Shown: piece after piece, positions 1-11,648 of the stretch
Position numbering within the stretch: the first letter of the stretch is position 1
Layout of the letters: every line of letters begins with the position of its first letter
DNA from: Neoechinorhynchus agilis
Taxonomy: Eukaryota; Animalia; Acanthocephala
DNA: 64,000 nt
Direction of reading: 5' to 3'
Assembly (NCBI GenBank): GCA_051530055.1
Contig: CM121343.1
Location: forward strand, 1,644,389-1,708,388
Notes under the pieces: model-generated
What the model was told of the DNA's origin: nothing
Seen by the model: only the letters and a program-made list of their open reading frames with translations
Database searches by the model: none
Position numbers and translations under genes: made by a program

Positions 1-196
1 TATATTTTAGACAGACTATAAATTTTTGCAATTCTTGGGTATGTCTGCTTGCATATCTCCTGGCTTAGCCATCCACTCTGCCTTGCTTCAAAAGTTTTAT
101 AAGCTTGTTAGTTAGCTTATTAGCAGACGATTTGTTTTCTTCAGTGAAGGTATTTGTATGTGGCGGTGGGGAAAAAATTATATCAGAGAATGACTT

Positions 197-240
197 TGTT
201 TGAAATATTTCGCCCAATCACGCTGGACTTCTTCAGTCAA
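197..240 (-). ncRNA. Minimal type I hammerhead ribozyme-like motif at the PLE 3' end
   Basis: Minus strand reads UUGA-CUGAAGA-A-GUCCAG-CGUGA-UUGGGC-GAA-AUAU-U-UCAA: core, 6-bp stem II with G-U pairs, palindromic AUAU helix III, H17=U, 4-bp stem I (UUGA/UCAA). Confidence 0.65.
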
Positions 241-1560
241 TTATCTAAAAAGGAATTTGGCAACCTCAGCTCCGGTGGCCTGCCAATAAGACCCTGGATA
301 AACTCTAATAGGATGAATCGTCAATAAATGGCAACTCAAGAAACACACGATCCTTGTCTGATGTCACGACTATCGGCCTCCCGAGCCTAGCGCTCCTGAT
401 CACCTTCCTATGCAGATTCAACGGATAACCATTCCGTCCTGATAAATTCAAGATAAAATCTATTTCATGTTCGAGGTCAGTACTAGAGCTGCAATAAGCA
501 AACGCTCGTTGTACCAATGATCTAACCCTGGAGATCTTATATTCTCGTGGTTGAGAGGAAATCCATGGTACCATGTCATGTGGAATATTGATTTTCCGAT
601 AAACCTTAGTCGCATACCCATCTCCACCAACACGATCTATCGCAACATCCAGGAAACTGAATCTACCGTCAGTTTCGACATCCGTTGACCATTGAATGTG
701 TGGATCTTTAGTGTTGATGTAGTTCTGCAGGTGCATGGAAGCATAGGCGGAACGATCAAGGAGAATAAATGTGTCGTCCACATATCGGGCCCATAATGAG
801 AGTCCAGGAATTGTGGGTAGGTATTTCTCTTCCCACTGCCGCATGTATAACTCCGCAAGCACCGGTGCTAGGGGGCTGACCCTCGCTACACCATCCACCT
901 GACTAAAATCCATTCCCTCAAATTAGAAGTTCGAAAATTTGGTGCAGAAACTCAAGAGTTTCCTCCAGTCAGTAATCGAAAGCTTCCAATTATCATAGAT
1001 CCGTAGGATAGGTATAGCAAGTTCGATAGCAGTATCTACTGGAATATTTGTGGATAATGAAACCACGTCAGCCGATACCATGATAGAACGTGAGTCCCAC
1101 GGCATCTTAAGTCGACCAATGAAGTCCTTCCCAGAGCATACTACATTTGCACTCCGTTCCATTCTCTGACGAAGCATCAGAGCCAGTTTCCTAGACAAAC
1201 TTGTGCAAAATGATGTATGAGCCGCAACTATTGGTCTGAACTTAATCGGACATTTGTGTACCTTGGCAAATAGGTACATTATAAGTGTCCTAGAGTTCAC
1301 GGACCTAACTGCCAGTAGTCAGCAAGCTCAATTTTCTTTTGCATCATCAGGACGTTTAAACTCACTTCCCATTAATATCTTGAAACCAGTCTCTTGATAT
1401 TGTTCACGATTGGTAACGCAATATCAATACCCTTTATCAATCTTCACTGGTACAATCTCATGAATTCCCTTAAACAAATCTATACTCTCTGCATGGAGTG
1501 TGTATGTTTTTACTGCTTTCCTGAAGATATATTTTATTAAATGCGGGAGCCTCTGTTTCT
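197..1560 (-). mobile_element. Penelope-like retroelement (PLE) fragment, degenerate
   Basis: ORFs 923-1300 and 305-913 give PLE RT motifs (KVHKCPIKFRPIVA, SADVVSLSTNIP, RYVDDTF, FLDVAI, TKVYRK, RSLVQRAFAYCS, GRNGYP). A broken N-terminal remnant (IVPVKIDKGY) lies near 1430-1470 and a hammerhead-like motif at 197-240. Confidence 0.85.
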
Positions 1561-1587
1561 GAGGTGATTCCTACTCTCCAGACAATA

Positions 1588-1740
1588 AAGATATTGATTT
1601 ATGGCGATATTTCGCTGGACAAATCCAGCATTCTCAAGCATTAATCCAAAATTAAACTTCAAAAATTAAAAATTAATTTTGGATTAATGTTTGAGAATGC
1701 TGGATTGGCCCAACGAAATATCGCAATAAATCAATATTTT
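1588..1740. repeat. Fold-back element with a hammerhead-like motif in each arm (U3-A8 type)
   Basis: Long inverted repeat around an AT-rich centre. The left arm on minus reads UUGAGAA-U-GCUGGA-UUUG-UCCAGC-GAA-AUAU-C (1637-1606). The right arm on plus (1691-1722) is the same with one stem II mismatch. Confidence 0.8.
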
Positions 1741-2640
1741 TATTGTCCGGAGAATTTCTCTGGACATCCAAACATCATAAGAACTGTACACAAAATCTCA
1801 CGGGGAACCGAATCGAAGGCTTTTCTCAGGTCATAGAAAGTAATCATCATCGGGATTTGTTGCTCTTGCTTTTTCGAAGAGCTTACAGGTGAAAATTTGG
1901 AGGAGTTGGACGAGAACCGTGACGAAGAGTTTCTCCACAACTGAATAGAGATCCTCCTGTAATTCTCGCATTGGGATAGATCACCTATTTTTAAAATTGT
2001 GACGATCGCAGTGACACGTAAATTTCGAGAAACGCATCCGGTTTGTTCAGCCTGGATGCTGTCATGACCTGGTGATTTCCTGGTTTTAGTCTTTTTGACG
2101 GCAACTTGAATTTCCCTCAGATTAGGTGACGCATTCATCCATAATTGAACTTGATGCTGAGGAGTGGATTTTCGAAGTAAGGATTCATAATGTTTTGCCC
2201 ATCGCTTGATATTTTTCATCTTTAGTTAAGAAGCCTTGATTGACACAGAGGAGTTGTATCTTGGCCCATAGATTGCACGTAATTTCCTCAGATTTCTTGC
2301 ACCATTAATTTTGGATATCTCTCAAACGCCTCTGAGCTACCGATTTCAGCCTCCGATATTCATTTTTTCATTCAACGCCTACACAAGCGAAACTAATCTT
2401 CGTGTAACTTTCTGACGATGGATTAGCTTCCCAGGCAAGCCGAGCCCTTCGTTTTGGTTGATGGGTTCTGATATCTCCTCATCGTGCGTATCAAAGCAGT
2501 CTGGATGTTTCTTCTCAACGAAACCCCGGGCATCTTTAGCAGCAGTCGTGATTGTGGACTTGATGTTGTTCTATGAGGTTGTTGGGTTTCGGTTAGAATG
2601 AGACCACAATATCAAGACGGAAACTTATCCGAACAAAACT
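1740..2640 (-). mobile_element. RTE-like non-LTR retrotransposon RT fragment
   Basis: ORF 1740-2219 has KSPGHDSIQAE, ENYRRISI and FYDLRKAFDSVPREIL...FGCPEKF, typical of RTE-type RT, with internal deletions. Confidence 0.7.
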
Positions 2641-2660
2641 AGTCAAGTGAAGGGAACAAC

Positions 2661-3900
2661 GTGAATGTGGTTGTTTCAACGTCATCAGCCAAGGGTACCA
2701 CAACACGACCGAGTTTCTCAACAGGATTCTGTGAGGTTTGTTATGCGATTTTCTCCCTGACGAAAACAGGAGTTCTTAGAGTCCATGGACGCCGTAATTC
2801 ATGTTGCGGCGGTTCCGGTTCACCCCCAAGTCCATTGAATACCTAGACTAGTGTTTTCCGCTGGTGATGTTTCTGAGGAATCTCTGACCACAAAAATAAA
2901 AGAGCCAATAAGTTATTTTGACGAAGATTTTACTCAATGCCTTTCGACAACATAGCGTGACCATCGCTGAAACTCAAATCGGTCGCTTGCTAGACACGTT
3001 TCTTCGAAGCTTGCAGACGGAGATGTCAGAGGAGCAGTTCGTCTTTGATCATCAATAGACAATCTCGCCAAAGATAAAAAAAGAAACTTTACGAACTCTT
3101 AGTTCCAAACATCCCAGTGAAGGCGGTCGGCAGTAGTTTGCGAAATCCTTCTCCCTCGATACGATCCCTTATGTTTTATCATCGAAATCAGAAGTGAAGA
3201 TGGCAATCTCCTCTTTTGCTAACGGATCAGCTCACGGGCTTGACGGGCTCCGGCCCCGGCACCTAAAGGATATGACTTCCTTTTCAGTAGTTGACGCTGC
3301 TCAGTCCCATGAAGATGGATTGGCACGCGTGGCTCGCAAGTAGACGCCAAAGGATTACATGCTCTATCATGCATTTGGTCAGCCGGACGGTCGCCTAGAC
3401 ATGCCGAAATCAACGCGATCCTGAGTAGAGCCCTGACCTCCATTAACATTCTAAACATCTTGGAGCCGAGTAATCTGTGCAGGTCTGATGGTAAGCGCCC
3501 AGATAGTGTCAGTCTTCCCTTGGTGCCGAGGGAAGTGCCTTTTATGGGATGCAACCTGCACCGACACCATAGCCAAGTCCTTCGCTGATTTAGCCAGTAT
3601 AAGCCCCGGCGCTGTAACGACCGCAGCGGAGCGATGGAAAGCGGCTAAATGCGCTGAGCTGAAGGAGAGCTTCCATTTCGTGCCTTTCGAGATCGAAACG
3701 TTTGGGCCCTCGAAGAATCCACCCTCAGATATAGCAAAGAGGTCGATGGCGATGAAAAGGGACCCGCGTGCGACAGCATTCCTTAAACAAAACATCTCCC
3801 TCGCAGTACAACGAGGGAGTGCTGCCAGCGAGGGAAAAATCGCGGCTCCACAGAACATTATCTTCCAAAACTTGTAAATTTTAATAAACTCACTTGGATT
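2661..3900 (+). mobile_element. CRE-clade (RLE endonuclease) non-LTR retrotransposon, internally deleted
   Basis: N-terminal Zn finger CEVC-x12-HG-x4-C-GSG (2661-2846), DGLRPRHLKDM RT remnant near 3240-3275, C-terminal RPD/WDATC/FVPFEIETFG/ISLAVQRG endonuclease motifs (3488-3877), AATAAA downstream. Confidence 0.75.
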
Positions 3901-3959
3901 AAAAAATCGCAGGACGAGAGTTTATTCCGAAAGCAATTAAGCTATTTTTCAGCTCATAT

Positions 3960-5945
3960 TTGTATGCCCTCGCAAAAAAGGAAGGTGGAATTCATCCCAT
4001 TGTAATTGGAACAACTCTACGTCGCTCAACAGCAAAAAATTTAAATAAAAGGATCGCGGAAAAAGTAGGGATACGGCTTCGCCCCACTCAGTTAGGCTGC
4101 TGTACACCTTGTGGTACAGAGGCGATTGTTCATTAACTCCGTACGTTCATCACCGGAAACTCAAAGCCGTGCGTGATCTTGAAATGTGATTTTAAAAATA
4201 CGTTCAGCACAGTTTATCGAGCAGATTTGCTCGAAGTAGTTAAAGATCACGCACAAGAAACATTTCGCTATTTCCTTAATGCCCATGGGACTAGCTCCCA
4301 TGTTGTTCAACAAGCACGTTTTGTGGTCAAAAAGAGGAATTCAACAAGGGGATCGTTTGGGCCCAATAGCCGCCTCACTCGCAGTCAATCCCGTCGCGCA
4401 CTCTTTCCAGTCCAGCTTTAACGGCTGGTACCTGGATGATGCAACGCTCGGAGGTAACCCCTCTGTAGTACTACGCGATTTGGAGACACGCGTGAAGGAG
4501 ACGACGAAAATTGGCATGGAATTGAATGCTGCGAAATTCGAGATCTTAGTGATGAACGTGGAAGATGAGTCGTCTAGGCAAACTATCGTTAAAGATTTAA
4601 AGAACCTGGCCCCGGGATAGAATTGATCGCTCTAGATCGGTTGAGTCTTCTAAGAAGCTGCATTTTTGGTACTAACATAGAAGCAGAGATTGCCAACCTT
4701 CAATCGCAACTTTCGGTGCTGTTCGAACGAGTTTATGAATTATCTTCACATGAGGCTCTGTTCCTGATCAAGAACACCCTCTTCATTCCAAAATTGCTGT
4801 ATAAGTTGCGCACGGCACCTTTTTTTAGACAAGGATAAGCAAGCAAAATTAGACGGTGAAAGCCACTCTCAAGAAAATTTAAAATAATCAGCTATCGGAC
4901 GAGGTCTGGCGTCAAGCGTCCTTGCCTGTGTCGTCCGGCGGTGAGGGTATCCCAAAGGCAGCCGATATTTCTCTGCCAGCTTATTTGGGATCGTATGTAG
5001 CAAGCCGCAAAATAGTTCAATCCTTTCTTGGTGAGAATTACACTTTTGATGAAGATTTCGTGGATGCTCTTAATCTTTAGTGTGGAGATTCAGGCAGCGA
5101 GCAGGTCCCCGTCAATGGTTGCAAACAAATAGTTTCGGACTCACCCCTGGTAGTAAGAATTCACAACTCTAATTTCAGATTATCGTGACCTGGTGAAACG
5201 AACTCGATTGGCGACAGCCTCTACAAGAGAATCGGGTGCTTGGCTCAACGCTATCCAAATCGCTTTTGTAGGTACCCGTCTCTCCGATGAGACAGTAAGG
5301 ATTGCAGTGTCCCTAAGACTTGGGTACCGATGTGCACATCTCATCGCTGCCGCTGCGGAGCGACCGTGGAACCATCGGGACGCCATGGTCTCGTCTGTCG
5401 GCAATCAGGTGGAAGGTACTCACGACACGCCGAAGTCAACGCAATTCTTAGACATGCCCTGAATACTGTGAATGCGCCCAACAACCTAGAGCCGAGAAAT
5501 CTTTGCCAACTCGATGGCCGTAGACCGGACGGTGTCACAGTATTCTCGTGGCGAGAAGGAAAATGTTTTCTTTGGGACGCCAGGTTCGTGGACACGCTCG
5601 GAGCCAGCAACATAAAATTCGCAACTATCAAACCAGAGGGAGCAGCAACCGCCGCTGAGGACCGCAAAAGGATAAAATACAGGGATCTGAGTCGAAATCA
5701 TTATTTTGTTCCCTTTGGCTTCGAGACACTCGGGTAGTTTGGTACCGCGGCGCAGGAACTGGTCAAGCAATTGTCGAAGGCGACCCGAGATCAGGAGCAT
5801 TCCTCCTACAATACATAAGTCTGGATGTGCAACGGAGGAACGCTGCATCCGTCTTTTCGACCGTTACACCAGGACGGCAGCTGAGTGATTCGGAGCGGTT
5901 GTGTGAATGATTCCTGATCCGAGATTCGGAAGGTTATTTTAATAA
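3960..5945 (+). mobile_element. CRE-clade non-LTR retrotransposon, degenerate RT plus RLE
   Basis: LKCDFKNTF, GIQQGDRLGP, WYLDDATLGG (RT); CRCG...GRHGLVC...RHAEVN (CCHC), RPDG, WD, FVPFGFETLG (RLE). Many frameshifts; A-rich tail near 5940-5965. Confidence 0.85.
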
Positions 5946-5989
5946 AAATCAAAAACTAAAAAAATTCCATACCGTACAATCCGTATAAA

Positions 5990-6700
5990 GTCCAATGCGC
6001 CATCCCAACTGCCGTCTGTATCTTTTATTTCTTGTGTTCGGCGATCTCGTCTTCAGATTTCGGCCTTTTTTCCAATATAGTTGCTGTTGCATTGACTACA
6101 AGAAACCCTGTAGACAACATTCCGCTTCTCTACTTCCTGGTTTTTCCTGGGAAGTGAGGTTAATTATTGGCATAGAATCGGCAGACCGCTGCTCTTAAAT
6201 ATACTAGGAATTTTGTTTCGCCAACAGTTGGTCTGTGGGCCTATGCTCGGCAATTAAATACGTAGCTCCATTCGATTCGTGGCCACGGTTTCGTTTGAAT
6301 TGCTTTTTCTCGCTTGGTATCCTTGCTGGTGCGCTGCATTAATAGTATCTCTTTGATTGTCAATATTTGAGGTACCGAAGAATGTTGGTTAGGTCTACAC
6401 CCGGTAAATGATTATTTATTAAAGAAGTTTCGAACTTCGCCGGTTTCATCATCAGTTTGTTAATTAGTAATAGACGCTACTAAGCAATAAACTGATGATG
6501 AAACCGACGAAGTTCGAAACTTCTTTAATAAATAATCATTTACTGGGTGTAGACCTAAACAATAATTCCAATCTCTTGGATTCACCACTTACTGAAAAAT
6601 CGTTGCAACTGTTGGATTACGTCTGTGAGACTCTCCTCACTGCAGAGGTTGTAGGCACGATGCAAAAACCTAAGAGCGTGGGTAGGGGGAGAGGTGAACC
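5990..6700 (-). mobile_element. Penelope-like fragments flanking a fold-back element
   Basis: About 6000-6370 and 6590-6670 match the PLE pieces at about 15030-15320 and 14755-14830 (VVYRVSCSQC GIY-YIG start; HRAYNLC thumb region). Confidence 0.7.
6380..6568. repeat. Fold-back element, family A (CUGAUGA hammerhead-like arms)
   Basis: Arms ttaggtctacacccggtaaatgattatttattaaagaagtttcgaacttcgccggtttcatcatcagttt and its near-exact reverse complement. Each reads CTGATGA-T-GAA...TTC-GAAAC-TTC outward. The centre contains TAATAGACGC (6468-6477). Confidence 0.85.
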
Positions 6701-6900
6701 CTGAGGGACTCCGAATTGATGTTGAAACAAGTGCGGTCAGGTTCAACTTCATAGTAAAAGGATTTTGTTTCTAGAAGATTTTTAATAATATGAACCAAAT
6801 TTACTGATAATTTAAAAGAGCCAAGAGATTGATATAAGAATTCCCGATTGACTGAGTCCAAAGCTTTGTTGAGATCTAGATGTACAAAGATTTTATTTGC
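6700..6900 (-). mobile_element. LINE (L1/Tx1-like) RT fragment
   Basis: Minus strand reads DLNKALDSVNREFLYQSLGSF...VHIIKNL, resembling the D-x-x-KAFD-x-V RT motif region. Confidence 0.45.
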
Positions 6901-7847
6901 ATGCGCTGACTTTGAATTTAAATCATTTTATTCGGATCAAAGGGAGTGGAAATTCGGGAATAATGTGTTGTTTCGATAAAAAAAATTATTTAATTTTCTA
7001 TTAATTCAGTTTTTTCGATGTAGGTGAACGCGCGACTGTAATCGGCGAAACATAGTTCGCAGGTCATATCATAAATTACGTTGATTCGAGTTCAAATCGA
7101 ATCCTATCTATTCTTTGTGTCCATGGACTTCGCTAGGCACGATGCTGGGCATTTTTTCGGTGTTTAATGATGTCCAGTTCTCGTCAGGATTCGCCTCGAT
7201 GTAGGCTCATTTCTGTGGACAATCCGGACACCCATTCTCAATGGATGCTACTAGTGAGCTTTTCATTGATATATTCATCTTGAGAATCAGTTTTCCTCTA
7301 TATCGATTCCATGAGCGATCATTACTCCGTTTTTATTATCTTGAACAACACCGCTGCTAGAAACGAGTGATCTAATTACTTGAATATCCATTATTCGCGA
7401 AAAATGCGTTCACTCTATCGTGCGGCTGGAAAATCATGCAGTATAGCATCAAGGCATTCGGTGAGAGAGGGGAAAGTCAGATGCGCAAATTTTAGAGGCT
7501 TCTTGGTGAAACATTTTAAGATGACAGATTTGAGATTTGGAACCGTTGCAAAATACGGGATAACCGCAGGCGAGGGAAGGTAAAATAAAGCAGAAGTAAA
7601 ATTTGTAGAGATCGGGTGAAGGGATTCCTAAATGTCGGAGGCTTTCGAGGAGATAATTTTTAAAGGTATTGTGTTCGAGGGAGAGAAGCCAGTTTATGAT
7701 AAAACACCAAGAGTTACAATCTAAAGAAATTCTTCATGTCATTGAATCAATGGATTAAAATGTTACACCTTTAATTTCTGTATGTTCCTTGCGCTCATCT
7801 TTAAACGACTCTTACAATGAAACGTTTTAATAATTAAATCTTAAAAT

Positions 7848-8381
7848 TCAGTAATAAAAGGTTGCTTCAATTTTCATTCCTTCGACAACTATCAGCCCCA
7901 GTGATCTCATCATTGCGAAGTGTTCAATATTAAAGGATTGGACTTGATTGTTTGAAACATTCAAGAAAACAATATTTGGCATTTTTAGATCATAAAGACT
8001 TCCTGGTATGCTTCTAAGTTTGTTATCAGCCAGATTCAAAAATATAAGATTTTCCAATCCGTCGAACGCATCAACTGGAATTGTACTGAGTTTGTTTTGA
8101 CTTAGATCGATAGCTTGCAAAAGGCTAACAGCTTCAAAAGCTTTTTATTTTATTTTGGTGATTATATTTGATTGAAGACTCAAATATTTAAGATTGAATA
8201 AACCCGAAAAATCGGTTGGTCCAAGCATAGTTATTTGGTTATTAGTCACGTCGAGTGAAATTAAAGTATTGACTGCAACGAACATGTTTATTTCTCTGAA
8301 CGTTGTCAGGTTTTTGTTTGTTAGCGAGAAAACCTTCGTAGCGTTTTTACCCCTAAAAAGGCAAATTGTGTAGATCATCAC
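7848..8381 (-). pseudogene. Leucine-rich-repeat protein, frame interrupted by an in-frame TAA
   Basis: The two ORFs are one frame, ...LSLQSNIITKIK*KAFEAVSLLQAIDLSQNKLSTIPVDAFDGLENL..., with regular LxxLxLxxN repeats. The stop at 8145-8147 falls mid-repeat. Confidence 0.6.
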
Positions 8382-9803
8382 TTGTTGGACATAATACCAA
8401 CTATAAACTGAACTATTAATACCAAGAAATCATCTCTATTTTTATTGATTATCACTGATTGAATTTAATAAAAGCAAAAATAAATCACCTTGAGTCGTTA
8501 CAGACAACTTAAAAATAGTTATTTAAAACTAATTATCGAAACCAATAAAAAAACATCTTAAGTGAACTGTAAAAATAATGCTGCATAAAGTATGACAATC
8601 CAAAAAAACATCATGGCACTGAAATGGATGATGTGTTCAGCAATTAAAAATGATAAGAATTTGTGGTTTGGTATTTTTGCTAGAGTAAATTAATTCAAAC
8701 TCTAATGTATATAATTTTAAGAATTAAGATTGCATCTTTTAAGGTTTTTCTTAAAGTTCAATTTATCTCTTGAATATATTGATTCATAAATATGTGAACC
8801 GTTGACTCGTATGTAAATATTCGCGTTCAAAACCGCTACTGCATACGTGAGCAATCAATTGTGTGTTCAACGGCAACTAGACCAATAACAGCGAACTTTT
8901 GAAAAAGCCTCTATTCCAAAATCTGTCCATCTTATGAAGATTAACTTCAACTCGGTGTAGAGCAATATTAAAAACCATGGAATGCTTTTGCTTCACAACT
9001 TAATCTTGGTTAATAATCTAATGAGGCAAGTTGGTAGGCTTTACTGATTCTCAATAGCAAAATGTTAAAAAGATTCAAACATTAATATCTTCATGGAAAT
9101 TGGTCTTGTAATTGAAAATTTTGTTTTCTCCAATAAGACAGAAGAGAGAAAATACACGTTACTCTGTATTGCTTATTTTCTACAATAGAATGAGAAAATG
9201 GTTTGAATATGCTAATCAATATTAATTGCGTATTGACTAGATAAAGTAAAGTTATCGTAGTTAGAAGTTAGATTATCAAGCTAAGTTGTTCGTTTTGTGA
9301 AGAGAAAAATGATTAGAATTTGAGAATATTAAAAATGCAGATAATTTGTTATTATTTGGATTTAAAGTTCATATATTCATTCAGAATAAGATGTTCCATC
9401 AGTATAAGAAGTTTTTAAGGGAAATTAAATTCATTTTTAGATTGGAAAGTTTGATTTGCTTTTAAGGGAAATCAAAACGAACTAAATTAAAGACATTTTA
9501 AACAGGATGTTTAATAATGTAGAAAACAAAAGGAACCAATCTTTTTATAAGGAACGAAAATATTATTTTTAACTGCAATATTCTTACCTTTAACATCTAA
9601 TGATCAACAGTTTATCGGCGAATTTGATTCCATTTTTATGTAAAGTGTTTATCACGGTGCATTTGTTTGTGTGACAAACATCCAGAATGCTGTGTATGTG
9701 TCCAGTATCTATTCAACCTTGTTTTACAAATACGATCTCAATATGATATCGTTCGCTACTTTTCCGTTCATCACAGTTTTTAGATTTACAAACGTATTTT
9801 ATA

Positions 9804-11648
9804 ATGAATCTTTTAACTAATAATAAGGTTTCGAAAAGAGCTCATGTCGAGATCAAACAAGAACCATGCATTGAGGATTCCGGAGCAAAACGTATGCGTG
9901 GAGAATGTACAGCGCCTTGTATCTCTCAGCTACCCGCCAGAAGCTTAAAGTCGGAAGGTTCATTGAAGATACTCAACGATCTGCTTGAAATTAGCACCAA
10001 AGGTATAGAAACTTCAACGACAGTGAGTTCTCACAGCACCGGAAGTAGAGTATCCCAGCCAACCAGCCCTATTCGTAAGATAAACGCTGAATCTGGAGTC
10101 AGTAAAGACTCTGGTGATAATTTAATGGTCCCTTCACTTGGAGAAGTCGATTCGTCGAACGGCGAAGATTATTCTTGTGAAATAGTCACGCCCGAGAGAG
10201 AGCATCCTCCACTGAATTGGCGTAAACATACAATGATATTTGTCGCGCCTCACTTAGAATTTGATCCCATATTTACATTTCCAGAACTCCGAAGGATCGT
10301 TAAGGAAATAGACGAAAAGAGCGACTTGAGAGAACCAGAGGCACCGAAGGAAGAGACGATCACGGATCCTGAAAAGAGTGAAAACACGAAAAAGGAGAAA
10401 GAAGATAGACAAGAGGTCGATATTGTTAGATTGGATCGTGAGGTTGCCGATGCACTTCGTGCAACCATTCGCCTTAATTTCTCAAGTGTAGATACTTGGA
10501 TTTTGATTGATTATTTGATCATGTATCCTTCCATACGAGATGTTGATCTTGCGGATATGTGCGGACTTCATCTAAAGCAGGTTCGGAAAGGATTAGCATT
10601 TTTGATCCGGGATCATATTATAAGGACAAAAATTAGAACGGTGCGAGTGAAGGTGACCGAAGAGGAAGCTCAAAAGCGCACAAAGCGTTTACCGGCACAC
10701 GGAATGCAATTGAAGCGGCACACTTACTACCAACTGTACCCACATTTGGCTGCTAATATTCTTCGGGTGAAACTCAAGATGATGCGGACTAAGCTTGACA
10801 GTCATACTATTGATCCCGATGAAGCGAAGCTTATGCCCGGGGTAGAGATTTGGTACAAATGCCCATACTGTCGCTACATTTTAACCAACCTTCACGCCGA
10901 TATTGTACTCAAAGCCGGTGCTTTGACTGGTGATAGCGATGATATGGATTGCCCAATGTGTAATACGAATATGAAACGTAGATATGGTGCCAGCGATGAA
11001 GTCAATGAATGCAGGCAGATTTTAGCAAAGTTCAATCAGAAATACTTGAAAATACTAGATGCACTCTACGTGAATCCAACCATAAATTATCCACAAAATG
11101 TCCTGAAATTGAATTTCTTTGAGCGTGAGGATTTGGGGCACTGCAATTATTTCTGCAAAAAGGTGAAAAGCAGGGATTCGGATATATTATCGTTGATGTG
11201 GAAGAAAAAAAGGAAATCTGGAAAGGACGATGATAATTTTAAGGTCGCGATAGGATATATGACAAAAAGGAAAAGGTTATTGACTGGAATGAGAGAGCTC
11301 CCAGAATGGTTCAGTGTTTTAACGCCAGTAATTGAAGTGGAAGAAGATCATTTGGTTGAGGTTAAGGTATCGTCAGACGGACTGCATACGGATGGCTTAG
11401 AATGTACGGAGGAATACAACGACATTCTTGATAAAATCCAAAACACGAATTGTTATGGTATTGTAGTTAAAGAAGGCGACCTGTTAGAACATAAACAACC
11501 AGAGCGATCAACAATCAATATGAATGATGAGATAAACATTCCAGTCGATGATATCACTGAAGAAACGCTTCAAACTTTATGGGAAGGAGGTCCAAATGAT
11601 TATACACGTAAGTGTATTGCGAAAATTGATCATTTAATTTACGACTGA
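9804..11648 (+). CDS. GTF2E1: Divergent TFIIE alpha subunit-like protein (614 aa, single exon)
   Basis: Winged-helix-like block (ILIDYLIMYPSIRDVDLADMCGLHLKQVRKGLAFL...RHTYY...ILRVKLKMMR), Zn ribbon CPYC...CPMC, ILAKFNQ helix and acidic C-terminus align by eye with TFIIE-alpha. It has an extra ~210 aa N-terminal extension. Confidence 0.75.
   Translation: MNLLTNNKVSKRAHVEIKQEPCIEDSGAKRMRGECTAPCISQLPARSLKSEGSLKILNDLLEISTKGIETSTTVSSHSTGSRVSQPTSPIRKINAESGVSKDSGDNLMVPSLGEVDSSNGEDYSCEIVTPEREHPPLNWRKHTMIFVAPHLEFDPIFTFPELRRIVKEIDEKSDLREPEAPKEETITDPEKSENTKKEKEDRQEVDIVRLDREVADALRATIRLNFSSVDTWILIDYLIMYPSIRDVDLADMCGLHLKQVRKGLAFLIRDHIIRTKIRTVRVKVTEEEAQKRTKRLPAHGMQLKRHTYYQLYPHLAANILRVKLKMMRTKLDSHTIDPDEAKLMPGVEIWYKCPYCRYILTNLHADIVLKAGALTGDSDDMDCPMCNTNMKRRYGASDEVNECRQILAKFNQKYLKILDALYVNPTINYPQNVLKLNFFEREDLGHCNYFCKKVKSRDSDILSLMWKKKRKSGKDDDNFKVAIGYMTKRKRLLTGMRELPEWFSVLTPVIEVEEDHLVEVKVSSDGLHTDGLECTEEYNDILDKIQNTNCYGIVVKEGDLLEHKQPERSTINMNDEINIPVDDITEETLQTLWEGGPNDYTRKCIAKIDHLIYD

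Noticed and set aside
8145-8147. In-frame TAA/TAG in the LRR, RNGTT and Gypsy frames suggesting stop-codon reassignment
   Set aside because: OLA1 ends in TAA at the conserved C-terminus, Brahma also ends in TAA, and the long genes contain no internal TAA/TAG. The RNGTT and Gypsy loci carry other lesions, so ordinary nonsense mutations explain them.
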